Origin: a virus
IMG/VR virus record: IMGVR_UViG_3300045988_101018
Location: 1-64,000 of that record
Direction: 5' to 3' (one strand)
Length of the DNA: 64,000 bases
Part shown: in pieces, positions 40,690 through 51,711 of the stretch
Position numbering within the stretch: position 1 is the first letter of the stretch
Layout of the letters: every line of letters starts with the position of its first letter
Notes under the pieces: generated by a model
Told to the model about the DNA's origin: nothing
What the model saw: only the letters and a program-made list of their open reading frames with translations
Database searches by the model: none
Position numbers and translations under genes: made by a program

Positions 40690-40710
40690 TTTGATTGGCG
40701 GTGATTATCT

Positions 40711-41112
40711 ATGAATTATATATCTGATAGAGATTATAACGCTCAGATGAAAGCTATTAAAAGAATGAATCAGAGCAAAGAACGAGAAATAAAGCTGCGC
40801 GAAGAAAGAGAAAAGTACAGTTTTAAGTTTAAGATGCCGTCAACTAGCAAGATTGTTTTATTTGTATCTTTGGTAATATGTTTGCAGATTATATTCTTCT
40901 GTGAACGACTTATGGTTGAACTTAAAGATACGAGCGCATTGTATGTGTTGTTGGGTATTCCAGCGGCAATGGCTCCAATAATTTGGGCTTATTTTAGTAA
41001 GGCCAAGGCCGAGAACACAAAAAATGGCATAGTTTATGAAACCGCTATGCGCAATCAGGCTGGTTCAGAAGATGAATCATGCGATGACGTACCAAATGAT
41101 CCGTCATTTTAA
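40711..41112 (+). CDS. Holin-like membrane protein with two transmembrane segments
   Basis: Two hydrophobic helices and a charged C-terminus. Confidence 0.4.
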   Translation: MNYISDRDYNAQMKAIKRMNQSKEREIKLREEREKYSFKFKMPSTSKIVLFVSLVICLQIIFFCERLMVELKDTSALYVLLGIPAAMAPIIWAYFSKAKAENTKNGIVYETAMRNQAGSEDESCDDVPNDPSF

Positions 41113-41123
41113 GGAGTGATTTT

Positions 41124-41537
41124 ATGAACGTTGATTTCAATGCTTTATATGCTATTCAGAATTTTCTTCAGTTAGTCAATGATAATTGGACTGTAATTAT
41201 TGTTATCGTGGCACTTCTTATTTCTATCGGCAAGAAGGCAAAAGAATTTTTCAGCAAGTCAGATGACGAAAAGATTGCAATTGCCAAAAAGCAGGTTCAG
41301 GAGACTATGTTGAAACTGATTACTGATGCCGAGATTGATTGGCAGGATTATAAGAAAGCTGGTTCTGTCAAACGCGCTCAGGTAATCGAGGAGATTTTCG
41401 AGAAGTACCCAGTTTTATCAAAGGTTACAGACCAAGAAGCGTTAATTGCTTGGATTGACGAAACAATTGATGACGCTCTCAAGACGATGAGAGAGGTATT
41501 CACTGAAAACAAAACTGTTGAAAGTGAGGTCAAGTAA
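41124..41537 (+). CDS. Holin candidate with a single N-terminal transmembrane segment
   Basis: 'WTVIIVIVALLISIG' helix. Lies immediately upstream of the lysin. Confidence 0.45.
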   Translation: MNVDFNALYAIQNFLQLVNDNWTVIIVIVALLISIGKKAKEFFSKSDDEKIAIAKKQVQETMLKLITDAEIDWQDYKKAGSVKRAQVIEEIFEKYPVLSKVTDQEALIAWIDETIDDALKTMREVFTENKTVESEVK

Positions 41538-41538
41538 T

Positions 41539-42456
41539 ATGAGTATTTCTAATTGTGGACACGATGAACGCAATAGATATAGCGGTGGTCAGGATGGCGA
41601 CCAGTCTAAGACAGAGTGGTATATTCGTCCTTGGTGGAATGATAGCTGGAATGTAGTGCTTAGACATCCAGACGCAAAGACTCGTGCGCTTATTGCAGAT
41701 ATGGCTATCAAAGCAGCTCAGAATAACTTAGTTGGCTATGACCAAAATGAGCGCCTTACATTTTGGAATCATCTAAAGGCATCCAATTACGATCCAGCTC
41801 AGATTACAATTAAATGTGAAGCAGATTGCTCTAGTGGCGTTGCCGCTATTGTCAAGGGTGCTGGTTATCGTCTCGGTAATACCGCTATGCAGAATGTAAA
41901 TGTGAGTATTACTACTTGGAATGAGAAGAACGCCCTTAAGGCTGCTGGCTTCCAAGTGCTTACGGATTCTAAGTATTTAACAAGCGATGCCTATCTGCTT
42001 GCTGGCGATATTCTACTTAACGAGAGTCGGCATACAGCAATCAATGTAACCAATGGAAGTAAGTCTGGTGGCTCTTCTACTGCTGTCGCCCCCTCTACAT
42101 CTGCTTCATCTGGCAAGCTGTCTGTTGATGGATATTGGGGTGTTGCGACAACAAAGGCACTTCAGAAGAGACTTGGAACCACTGCCGATGGTATCGTGAG
42201 CGGTCAGGACGCTAACAACATGGCTTCTGTAAATCGCGGAGGTCTTGAACGTGCTTCATGGAAGACTGGCAAAGGCGGCTCTCGGATGGTCAGAGCGCTA
42301 CAGAGAAAGATTGGCGTATCTGCCGATGGTTATTTCGGTAAGAATACATGTAAGGCTTTACAGCGTTATCTTGGAACCACTCAGGATGGCATTGTAAGCG
42401 CACCGTCTTCTATGGTTAAAACATTGCAGCGCAAGTTGAATGCTGGCTCGTTTTAA
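41539..42456 (+). CDS. Endolysin: N-terminal peptidoglycan-hydrolase domain plus two C-terminal peptidoglycan-binding repeats
   Basis: Repeats 'DGYWGVATTKALQKRLGTTADGIVSG' and 'DGYFGKNTCKALQRYLGTTQDGIVS'. Confidence 0.55.
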   Translation: MSISNCGHDERNRYSGGQDGDQSKTEWYIRPWWNDSWNVVLRHPDAKTRALIADMAIKAAQNNLVGYDQNERLTFWNHLKASNYDPAQITIKCEADCSSGVAAIVKGAGYRLGNTAMQNVNVSITTWNEKNALKAAGFQVLTDSKYLTSDAYLLAGDILLNESRHTAINVTNGSKSGGSSTAVAPSTSASSGKLSVDGYWGVATTKALQKRLGTTADGIVSGQDANNMASVNRGGLERASWKTGKGGSRMVRALQRKIGVSADGYFGKNTCKALQRYLGTTQDGIVSAPSSMVKTLQRKLNAGSF

Positions 42457-42476
42457 ATAATATATATATAAATACA

Positions 42477-42511
42477 GGGAGGACTTCAACCACTCCTCCC
42501 TTATCTTTTTT
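42477..42511 (+). terminator. Terminator GGGAGGA...TCCTCCC followed by a T-tract
   Basis: Read directly. Confidence 0.55.
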
Positions 42512-42557
42512 AATATACTAGAACGCCAACATCGAATGAAAGGCAGCGTAAATGTAA

Positions 42558-43166
42558 ATGCTTAATTATATAGAATATCTTAATGTACCATCTCAAATAG
42601 CGATTGCCTTGATTGCCGTGTTGTTTGTTCTTCAGATTATTGGTGAATTTTTAAACTTCAAAGGCAAGGCAGTCCCAGAGATTATGAGTGTAAGAAAGTA
42701 TTTCGCAAGAAAGAAATCCGAGCGCAAAGTAATTAGAGAATTACCAGACACGATACAAGATTTAAAAAATATAGTTAACAATATTGATAAGCATTATAAT
42801 GCAGATAATATCTCTATGAGAGATAAATGGATTGATAGTGTTAACAATAAACTTATTATGGAAGATAAACTTGTACGTGACTTAGATAAAAAACTCGATG
42901 AAGCGAATAAAGATATAGTGTCTATTCTTGTCGATAATAAAAGAGATACTATTATAGATTTTGCATCAAGGGTTTCGAACTCTAGTGTCCTTGTCACAAA
43001 AGAACAGTTTAATAGAGTCTTTAAACTGTATAAAGAATATGAAGACCTTATCAGTAAGAATGGTCTGACTAATGGAGAAGTAGATATTGCATACCGCATT
43101 ATCGTTGAATCATATGAAGAGCACTTATCTAATCATACGTTCATTGAAGATACTCGCGGTTGGTAA
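42558..43166 (+). CDS. Membrane-anchored coiled-coil protein
   Basis: N-terminal transmembrane segment 'IAIALIAVLFVLQIIG'. Confidence 0.3.
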   Translation: MLNYIEYLNVPSQIAIALIAVLFVLQIIGEFLNFKGKAVPEIMSVRKYFARKKSERKVIRELPDTIQDLKNIVNNIDKHYNADNISMRDKWIDSVNNKLIMEDKLVRDLDKKLDEANKDIVSILVDNKRDTIIDFASRVSNSSVLVTKEQFNRVFKLYKEYEDLISKNGLTNGEVDIAYRIIVESYEEHLSNHTFIEDTRGW

Positions 43167-43205
43167 CAAATATACAATGAATGTTTTATGAAATGAGGTG
43201 TCTTT

Positions 43206-43904
43206 ATGGCTTATGTGATTTTAGTAAATGAAGACAATACTTTGACTGCAAGCAAAAAGGAACGTATTATGCAAAGGTCAAAGTTGTTTAATAACCTATG
43301 GTTTCTTGCTGAGCCGACATACAACGGGTACGATATGAGTACCTGTACTGTTGTTATGGAATATATTTTACCCATTAGCAAGAAGTATCATAGCGATATT
43401 CTTGAGCTGTCAGAAGAGGGGTATCAGGAGTATCTGAAATATGTCGTTCCAATTGACAGCAAGCTAACTGCCGAGACTGGCGAGGTTGAGCTACAGCTTA
43501 CTTTTATCTATAGTGATTTAGACGAAAATGGTGAAAGTATTCAGCGTGTTCGCAAGACTTCTACTGCAAAGGTAAATATCGTCCCCATTAGTGCGTGGAG
43601 TGATATTATCCCAGATGCCGCTCTTGGTGCGCTTGACCAGAGAATCATTAAGATGGATGCTCAAATCAAAGAACTCCTCGACCTTGGTGATGCATATGAT
43701 GCGGCTAAGGCAGATAACATTGCATATGATGCAGATAAGCAGACGCTACAGCTTCTAGCTGGTGAAAACAAGATTGGCGATGAAGTTTCCCTTAACGTTG
43801 ATGGCGGTGCCGATGGCACTACTGCCGTTGACTTCTCAGACCTTGAGGTTGGAGCAGGCGTTGCAAAGCTGTTAGCGGATAGCCGCAAGGTTGTCAGTTT
43901 CTAA
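43206..43904 (+). CDS. Hypothetical protein of 232 aa
   Basis: RBS GAGGTG. Confidence 0.3.
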   Translation: MAYVILVNEDNTLTASKKERIMQRSKLFNNLWFLAEPTYNGYDMSTCTVVMEYILPISKKYHSDILELSEEGYQEYLKYVVPIDSKLTAETGEVELQLTFIYSDLDENGESIQRVRKTSTAKVNIVPISAWSDIIPDAALGALDQRIIKMDAQIKELLDLGDAYDAAKADNIAYDADKQTLQLLAGENKIGDEVSLNVDGGADGTTAVDFSDLEVGAGVAKLLADSRKVVSF

Positions 43905-43981
43905 ATACACTTATATTTATTGAATAATATGAGGGTGATTTGTCATCCTCTTTTTTATTATTGTTTGAAAGGAGGATGACA

Positions 43982-46900
43982 ATGGGTTTATCTTTTAAAG
44001 ACTCGTTAAATAAAGTTAAAGAAAACAATAATGCGAGAATGATAAATAATAACATTTCTCCTATGTCTCTTGATGATGATGTGTCAGCATATGATGACAT
44101 CTCTCTTACATCTCTTGATGATGAATCCGCTGTCGCTGCGGCTTCTGATTCACTAGAAGGTTGGACTCGCAGCAGTAATTACCTATATTACGAAGAGTAT
44201 TCAGATGATAACATTTCAAATGTTGACGATTTGAAGAACGTCTTAATCGACAAGAAGCAAATTAACCTTACACAAGAATCGAATTCTCAGTATATCCCAT
44301 TTAAGATGCCGCGTAGATATGATGGCTTTGACCTTCTCAATACGACCATCATTATTCATTATGTTAATAAAGACGGATATGAAGACCGCAGCAACGTTGT
44401 AAACGTATATTATAATGAAGAGTATATTAAATTTGGTTGGCTTGTCAATAAGAATGCAACAGCCGTTGAAGGCACTCTTGAGTTTGAGATTATTGCGTCT
44501 GGCGTAAACTCAAAGGGCGATGAGTATGTATGGAAGACAAAGCCGAATAATCAGCTAAGCGTTCTTAAGTCTCTTGCTGGCAATGGAGCTATTGAGCCTG
44601 ATAATACATGGATTACAAGCTTTATGACTCAGGTGAATGAGAAGGTTGCGGAAGCCCAGCGTTATGCGCAGGAAGCGAAGACAACTGTTGACGGTATTTC
44701 TGATTACGCCGATAAAGCTGAAGCGTCTGCCAACAAAGCTCAGCAGGTTGTTGATACGGCAAAGACTCAGCTTGAGGGTACAGTCGGCGATGCTGTAAAC
44801 AACAAGGTCGATGCCGCTTTGTCATCTTATTATACCAAGAAGCAGGTTGACGATATCGTTCACAATATTGATATTTCAGACCAGCTTGAAGAAGTGAAGC
44901 AGCAGATTGCCAATCTTGATGGCCTTGCTAAATTCAATGTCACATATGACGGCAGTGAAATGACATTCTATAATGGTGAAGCCGTGATGAAGAAAATTGC
45001 AATCACGAGTAACCCAACCGAGGAATGGACTAATAACTATACTGCTTCTATTGAAGGCAAGATTAATACTGCTAAGTCTGAAATTCAAAGTAGTGCAGAC
45101 GAGAAGTTCGCTACAAAAGCCAGTCTGAATTCTGCAAATGCAAATATCTCAGCTGTTATATCTACCGCGAATGCAAACAAGGAAAATGTGACCAAGCTTG
45201 GTGATAAGGTTGCTAAGTTTGAGGAAACTGTTAACGGTCTTGATACCTCACCTCGTTTGACATATGATGCCACATATGATGAAGAGCAGACTTATACTCT
45301 TTGGGAAATCCAAAATGAGGGTAAAGAGAACGAGAAGAAAGAGCCGAAAGCTCAGTTCAAGATTCAAGGCGGTGGCGGTGGCGGTGGCACCAGCAGTATC
45401 TTGAAGATTACATATATCACCACGACTCCCGTTGTGGCGACACTAGATGATAAGATTATCATTAAATATAATTTTTCAAGAACAGACTCCTCTGGTGACG
45501 TTGGTGGCGATGGTGCTGCAACGTGGAAGGTTGACGGCTCTATTGTTGCTACGAATACCGCTGCATCTGGTGAGAATTCTTTTGATATCACCGACCATAT
45601 TACGGTAGGCACGCACAAGGTTAACCTTAGTATCGTTGACGATGCTGGCAGTCTTGTGACTAAGACTTGGACTGTTCAGAGGGTCGATGTAAGACTTGAA
45701 TCTTCCTTTAATGATACCTTTACCTATCCTATTGGAAAAGTATCTTTCGATTATACTCCATATGGTGCCATTCAAAAGAGAGTACATTTTGTTTTAGACG
45801 GCAAAGAAATCGGAACTGTGGATACCACTGTGTCTGGTGTTCCTTTGGCATATGAACTTCCCGCTCAGACACATGGCGCTCATTTACTCGAAGTGTATAT
45901 GACGGCAGAAATTAACGGTAAGGCAGTTGAATCTAATCATATTATCAAAGATATTATTTGGTATGATTCAGCAAGTGATAAGCCTGTAATTGGATGTGTT
46001 AAGCAGAAGTTTACAGCCAAGCAGTACGATACGGCAAACATTGTGTATACCGTATACGACCCATCCACTGAAGCCCCACAGGTTACGCTTGCTGTTGATG
46101 GAAAGACCGTCTCAACGCTGACAATTGATAGTAATACTCAGACGTGGCAGTTTAAGCCTTCTGATGTTGGCACACATACGCTTACAATTACTTGTCGTGA
46201 TACTGTTAAGACTTTAACGGTAACTGTTGAAAAACTTGATATTGATGTTGAGCCTGTTACTGCTGGTCTTGCATTTGATTTCAATCCCGTTGGTAAGTCT
46301 AATAACGATACCGATAGATTGTGGTCTGATGGCGATGTTGCCATGACCGTATCTGATAATTTCGACTGGGTTAACGGTGGATATCAGATTGATGATAATG
46401 GCGATCAATACTTTGGCGTTAAGGCTGGAACTACGGCAACTATTTCCTATAATCTTTTTGCAGATGATGCCAAGAAGAATGGTAAGGAATTTAAATTGAT
46501 TTTCAAGACAACAAATGTTGCGAAGAGCAATGCTACATTCTTGACTTGTCAGTCTGGTACTACGTCTAATGTCGGCCTTCAGATGAATGTACATGAAGCA
46601 TACATTAAATCAAGTGCGAAGTCTTTGTATATCCCGTATAGCGAGGAAGATGTTATCGAGTGGGAGTTCAATATCAATAAGGATACCGACATTCCCATTG
46701 TCATGTCTTATGAAGATGGTACGCCGTGCCGTCCTATGAGCTATACAGGCGATTATTCATTTACTCAGGACTCTCCCGTACCGATTACCATTGGCTCTCC
46801 TGATTGCGATGTTTTGATTTATCGTATGAAGGCATATAATACAAGCCTTACAAGCTCGGCAATTTTGTCTAATTTTATTGCGGATGCACGTACTGCAACC

Positions 46901-49900
46901 GAGATGATTGCTCGCTATACACGTAACCAGATTTATGATGAGAACAAGCTTTTGACTCCTGAGTCTGTTGCCAATGCTTGTCCTAATATGCGTGTTATCA
47001 AGATTGAAGCTCCGCATTTCACCAATAACAAGAAGGACTTTGTAGCCAATACATCTTTCGAATGCATCTATAAGAATGGTGACGCAGTTCTTGACAACTG
47101 GAAGTTTGAGAATTGCTATCATTCTGGACAAGGCACTACATCAAATGAGTATGGTGCAGCTGGTCGTAACATCGACCTTATTGCTGGTTTTGATGGCAAG
47201 CATCAGGTGAGTAGCAAGATTGAGCTAGACCCAAATTATATTACAAAGCTTACGCTTGGCGATGGTAGTGTTGTTACTGACGGCTCTGGCAAGATTGCCC
47301 TTACTAGAACCTCTGTGCCTAATAACTGGTTCAACGTCAAAGTCAATATCGCAAGCTCCGAGATGGTGAACAACGCATATCTTCAGAAGAGATATAATGA
47401 TTATATCCCATATGCTACTCCTGCAACTCGTAGAGATTCTAAGATTAAGAACGACATGGAGTTCGTTAACTGCGTTGTGTTCATTAAGGAAAGCGACACA
47501 GATTTAACTACACACAGGGAATTCCAAGATACCTCATGGCATTTCTACGCCTTGGGCAACATCGGTGACTCTAAGAAGACAGATGTTACAAGAGCGTATG
47601 ACCCAGACGATATGAAAGAATTCGCTGTTGAGATTAGCGATAATACATTGCCTAATTCCATCTTCCAAACTGGCGTTGCCAATCCTGATGGTTCTATGAA
47701 ATATCCTATCACAAAAGCTGAATGGGTTGCTGGCAATACAGCATATGACGCTTTGTATAATGATTGGGATGGTTCGTTTGAGTTTAGGTACGATTGTTGC
47801 GGAGACTCAAAAGACGGCGAAGCTATTTCAAGCAGCGAGGAAAAGACTAAAATCAGAACGAAGAATAAACAGATTTGGCGAGACTTCTATGAGTTCGTAA
47901 TTACATCTACAGATGAGGAATTCAAGAACAATCTCAAGAATTGGTTTATTGTTGATTCTGCTACATACTTCTATCTATTCACGCTTAGATATACGATGAT
48001 AGACAACAGAAGTAAGAATACCTTCTGGCATTGGGCTAAGCATTATATTACAACGGCAGAAGCGGCAACGCTTGGCGATAAAGCTGCTTATTATACTGTT
48101 GACGATGAAGCCGCTGACATCAATAACGGATATCGTTTTGATCTCTGGGACTATGATAATGATAGCGCTTTGGGCATCAACAACAGCGGTGAGCTTACCA
48201 TGACTTATGGTAAGGAAGATACCGATTATCGCACAGATGGAGATAAGTCTTCTGGCTATATCTTCAATGCTGCTGAGTCCGTATTCTTCTGTCGTGTTCG
48301 TGACCTAATGGGTTCTGAGCTTCAGAAGATGTACGTAAGCCGTGAAAGTAAAAACTGTTGGAGCGCTTCTTCGCTTATCAATCAGTTCGATGAGAAACAG
48401 AATGAATGGTGCGAAGAGCTTTGGCGCGTTGACTATGTGCGTAAATACGAACGTCCTTATAAGGATGGCAACACTCGCTTCCTTGAGCAGATGATGAATG
48501 GCAAGAAGAAGTATCAGCGTAGACAGTTCGAGCGTGACCAAGAGATGTATATGGCAACTAAGTTCATTGGCAATACCGCTACATCTGACCAAATTATGTT
48601 TAGATGTAACACTCCAAAGGATGCCGTTGTCGCACCTAACTATACTCTTCATCTCACTCCATTTGCAGACATGTATCTGTCTGTAATGTTCGGCAATTCC
48701 TCTCCTACTCAGGTAAGGGCAAAAGCTGGCAAACAGTATGATATCACATGCCCATATGATACGATGGACGATACGGCTGTGCTTATCTATGGCGCATCTA
48801 GGATTCAGTCTGTCGGCGATGTGTCTGCTTGCTATATTCATGACAATGACTTCTCTAAGGCTGAAAAGCTAAAGGAGCTTATTATCGGTAACGCAACAGA
48901 AGGTTATTCTAACACCTTCTTGACGAACCTCGTTATCGGCAACAACAAGCTTCTTGAGAAACTTGATATCAGAAACACCCCAAACCTTGTAAGCAGCTTG
49001 GACTTCTCAAAGTGTATGAACCTTGAGGAGCTTTACGCTTCTGGCTCTGGTCTGAAAGGTGTTTTGTTTGCAAGCGGTGGCAGTATCAGGTTGGCTCAGT
49101 TACCTGACACCCTTACATCTATCAACATGAAGAATCTAATGTACCTAACCAATCTTTCTATTGCTGGGTACGATTCAATCTCTACGCTTATCATAGAGAA
49201 TTGTAATACGATAGATGTTAAAGATTTGCTTAATAAAGCTAAGAACGTCAACAGGGTTCGAATTACTGGTATCGATTGGAGTCTCGAAGACACGTCTCTT
49301 CTTGATAGAATCTACAAGATGTCTGGTATCGATAAGAACGGATACAATGTCGATAAGGCTGTGTTGGCTGGCACGGTACACGTTCCTATTGTAAAGCAGC
49401 AGCAGTTGTATGATTATCAGGAAGCATGGCCTGATTTAGAGATTATATTCAATACGATGGTTGAGCAGTTTATTGTCAAGTTCGTAAACTATGATGATGC
49501 TGTTCTTGATACGCAGTATGTCGATAAGGGCGGCAATGCCGTTGACCCGATAACGAGAGTAGACAATCCTATCGACACGCCCACCAAGCCAAGCTCCGTA
49601 AGCACAGACTTTACGTTTGAAGCATGGGATTTGCCGTTGACTGGCATCTTTAGTGATAGAACAATAAAGGCAACGTATAGCGAAACAACGAGACGCTATA
49701 CTATTAAGTATGTTTCCCGTGGTGTAACGCTTCAGGAGTCTACTGGCTTGTATGGTGAGAATGTTGAATACACTGGTGCAATTCCCACTTACACCCTTGA
49801 GGAAAACGCATATAAATATTATATGTTTGATAGGTGGGATAAGAGCGGTTTTATTGACGGAGATAAGACCGTAAATGCAATATTCGATACGTTTACATAT

Positions 49901-51127
49901 ACTCCAACTGCCCTTGCTGGCAAAGAGCTAAAGGATATGCGACCTGTTGAGGTTTATGCCATTACAAAACTAGGTCTTGATAATTCTGGTGCCAACATTC
50001 AGGCTGGTGACGCATATTCGTTTAATATGGGATATGATATTGATTATGATGATATCACATCGAAAACAGTTATCTCTGAGAAAACCGTTTTTGCTGGCAA
50101 GAATTATGTTGATACAGGAATCAAGCTTTTTGATACCGACAAAGATTTCGTATTGGCAATTGATTATAAATTCTTAAGCGGCACATCTGAAAAAAGCGTC
50201 CTTGCCCAATGTTTCCAGTCAAATGGTTCAAACGGATTTAAGTTGTGGTCTAATAGCGGAATCAAGATGAGCTGGGGTACGTCTTCGACTAGTGCTGGTT
50301 CTGTTGGCAGCCGTGACATGGTTGTACTTAGACACAAAAAAGGTGACAATAATATCTATGTATATTATTCTAACCTTAATGGCGGCGAACCCGATATTAT
50401 AAAGCTTGAAAGAACAAAGTCAACAATCATAGATAGCACTCTTGTATTCGGCTGTTCTAAGGCTGACGATGGCGCATATGAGAACTATGCTGTCGGCAAC
50501 GTGTATTGGAGCAAGATTTGGTACGAAGACCTTGGCGATGCAGTCTGCAAGAAGCTCGCTGGTTGGACGCATGAGAACATAGCGCTTGAGGTATGTAGTT
50601 TTAAAAAATACTATCTCAGCAATGAGCCGTCTAAGCGTTGTACGTTCAGCTTGCTTGCAAAGCACCTTCTTGACAGAAAGCGCGTATTTAATGAGAACGG
50701 AAGCAACGCTGGCGGTTGGACTAGCTCTGACCTGAATAGTTTCTTGAATACAAGATTCTATGAAGCATTGCCTGTAAAGATTAAACTTCTCATTAAGCAG
50801 GTCACGGTTAACTCTTCTATCGGCAATGGATCAAAAGAGCTTAGCGCATCTCAATGCTACGTCTCCATTCCTGCCGCTATCGAGCTTAGTAATTCATATG
50901 AAGTCAGCGGAGAGCCATTTGTTAACGAGGGTGAAATCATTTCTTATATGACATCTAATGATGCTAGGAAGCGTGCAGCTGTCGATGGCGATTACACGCC
51001 TTACTGGACTCGCTCACAGAACGTTTCGTATACAAATTATATCTATACGGTAAACGAGCAGGGCGATCTATATGGATTCAATACAGCTGGAACACAAAAC
51101 GGCGTATTGATTGAGATTTCTTTCTAA
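43982..51127 (+). CDS. Giant multi-domain tail fibre or adhesin of 2381 aa, with Ig-like, leucine-rich-repeat and laminin-G/lectin-like regions
   Basis: RBS AAAGGAGGA. Gly-rich linker GGGGGGGT. LRR-like 'LxxLxIxN' run near aa 1650..1800. Jelly-roll-like region near aa 2050..2200. Confidence 0.5.
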   Translation: MGLSFKDSLNKVKENNNARMINNNISPMSLDDDVSAYDDISLTSLDDESAVAAASDSLEGWTRSSNYLYYEEYSDDNISNVDDLKNVLIDKKQINLTQESNSQYIPFKMPRRYDGFDLLNTTIIIHYVNKDGYEDRSNVVNVYYNEEYIKFGWLVNKNATAVEGTLEFEIIASGVNSKGDEYVWKTKPNNQLSVLKSLAGNGAIEPDNTWITSFMTQVNEKVAEAQRYAQEAKTTVDGISDYADKAEASANKAQQVVDTAKTQLEGTVGDAVNNKVDAALSSYYTKKQVDDIVHNIDISDQLEEVKQQIANLDGLAKFNVTYDGSEMTFYNGEAVMKKIAITSNPTEEWTNNYTASIEGKINTAKSEIQSSADEKFATKASLNSANANISAVISTANANKENVTKLGDKVAKFEETVNGLDTSPRLTYDATYDEEQTYTLWEIQNEGKENEKKEPKAQFKIQGGGGGGGTSSILKITYITTTPVVATLDDKIIIKYNFSRTDSSGDVGGDGAATWKVDGSIVATNTAASGENSFDITDHITVGTHKVNLSIVDDAGSLVTKTWTVQRVDVRLESSFNDTFTYPIGKVSFDYTPYGAIQKRVHFVLDGKEIGTVDTTVSGVPLAYELPAQTHGAHLLEVYMTAEINGKAVESNHIIKDIIWYDSASDKPVIGCVKQKFTAKQYDTANIVYTVYDPSTEAPQVTLAVDGKTVSTLTIDSNTQTWQFKPSDVGTHTLTITCRDTVKTLTVTVEKLDIDVEPVTAGLAFDFNPVGKSNNDTDRLWSDGDVAMTVSDNFDWVNGGYQIDDNGDQYFGVKAGTTATISYNLFADDAKKNGKEFKLIFKTTNVAKSNATFLTCQSGTTSNVGLQMNVHEAYIKSSAKSLYIPYSEEDVIEWEFNINKDTDIPIVMSYEDGTPCRPMSYTGDYSFTQDSPVPITIGSPDCDVLIYRMKAYNTSLTSSAILSNFIADARTATEMIARYTRNQIYDENKLLTPESVANACPNMRVIKIEAPHFTNNKKDFVANTSFECIYKNGDAVLDNWKFENCYHSGQGTTSNEYGAAGRNIDLIAGFDGKHQVSSKIELDPNYITKLTLGDGSVVTDGSGKIALTRTSVPNNWFNVKVNIASSEMVNNAYLQKRYNDYIPYATPATRRDSKIKNDMEFVNCVVFIKESDTDLTTHREFQDTSWHFYALGNIGDSKKTDVTRAYDPDDMKEFAVEISDNTLPNSIFQTGVANPDGSMKYPITKAEWVAGNTAYDALYNDWDGSFEFRYDCCGDSKDGEAISSSEEKTKIRTKNKQIWRDFYEFVITSTDEEFKNNLKNWFIVDSATYFYLFTLRYTMIDNRSKNTFWHWAKHYITTAEAATLGDKAAYYTVDDEAADINNGYRFDLWDYDNDSALGINNSGELTMTYGKEDTDYRTDGDKSSGYIFNAAESVFFCRVRDLMGSELQKMYVSRESKNCWSASSLINQFDEKQNEWCEELWRVDYVRKYERPYKDGNTRFLEQMMNGKKKYQRRQFERDQEMYMATKFIGNTATSDQIMFRCNTPKDAVVAPNYTLHLTPFADMYLSVMFGNSSPTQVRAKAGKQYDITCPYDTMDDTAVLIYGASRIQSVGDVSACYIHDNDFSKAEKLKELIIGNATEGYSNTFLTNLVIGNNKLLEKLDIRNTPNLVSSLDFSKCMNLEELYASGSGLKGVLFASGGSIRLAQLPDTLTSINMKNLMYLTNLSIAGYDSISTLIIENCNTIDVKDLLNKAKNVNRVRITGIDWSLEDTSLLDRIYKMSGIDKNGYNVDKAVLAGTVHVPIVKQQQLYDYQEAWPDLEIIFNTMVEQFIVKFVNYDDAVLDTQYVDKGGNAVDPITRVDNPIDTPTKPSSVSTDFTFEAWDLPLTGIFSDRTIKATYSETTRRYTIKYVSRGVTLQESTGLYGENVEYTGAIPTYTLEENAYKYYMFDRWDKSGFIDGDKTVNAIFDTFTYTPTALAGKELKDMRPVEVYAITKLGLDNSGANIQAGDAYSFNMGYDIDYDDITSKTVISEKTVFAGKNYVDTGIKLFDTDKDFVLAIDYKFLSGTSEKSVLAQCFQSNGSNGFKLWSNSGIKMSWGTSSTSAGSVGSRDMVVLRHKKGDNNIYVYYSNLNGGEPDIIKLERTKSTIIDSTLVFGCSKADDGAYENYAVGNVYWSKIWYEDLGDAVCKKLAGWTHENIALEVCSFKKYYLSNEPSKRCTFSLLAKHLLDRKRVFNENGSNAGGWTSSDLNSFLNTRFYEALPVKIKLLIKQVTVNSSIGNGSKELSASQCYVSIPAAIELSNSYEVSGEPFVNEGEIISYMTSNDARKRAAVDGDYTPYWTRSQNVSYTNYIYTVNEQGDLYGFNTAGTQNGVLIEISF

Positions 51128-51183
51128 TTATATTGCAAGGGTGTCACTGAAATATGTGACACCCTTTTTAATGAGGTGAGCGC

Positions 51184-51498
51184 ATGTTCTACAAGGTCGT
51201 AAAAGACGGCAAAGTTGTTGATGTGCTTGACAGACTCATATACCTAAAGTATCAGGAGAAGTATGACCGTATGATATTCTGCGATGAAGAGGAAGCGCAG
51301 GCTATCTATTCTTCTGATGGCAAACATATTTGGCATGAAGAATCGTTATATCGAATTCCAGTTGACGGATATGATACCGTTCAATTGGAAGAGGTTGACG
51401 AATACGAATATGAACAGCTAAAGGTTCTTAATATGAAAACCCCAGAGGAAATTATTGACGCATATACAGCTATGCTATTAAGCGATGGGGTGATTTAA
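51184..51498 (+). CDS. Small hypothetical protein
   Basis: RBS GAGGTGAG. Confidence 0.3.
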   Translation: MFYKVVKDGKVVDVLDRLIYLKYQEKYDRMIFCDEEEAQAIYSSDGKHIWHEESLYRIPVDGYDTVQLEEVDEYEYEQLKVLNMKTPEEIIDAYTAMLLSDGVI

Positions 51499-51711
51499 AT
51501 GAATCAGTTTGTAGAGTCTTTAAAGCGCCTATATGACAACCACACCATTAAAGAGACAAAGGTTGTTTCTTTATACAATAACAATAAAATAACGAAAGAC
51601 GAAATGATATATATCTTGGGAAAATAGATATATACCACCCTTCTTTTTGAAAAAATAGTCGATATGGCTGTTTTAATATGTAACTGCTAACACAATAAAA
51701 GGAGGTACTGT

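Noticed and set aside
44622-50665. Multiple 60-180-aa minus-strand ORFs inside the 2381-aa fibre gene
   Set aside because: They are antisense to a long, well-supported ORF and lack RBSs.
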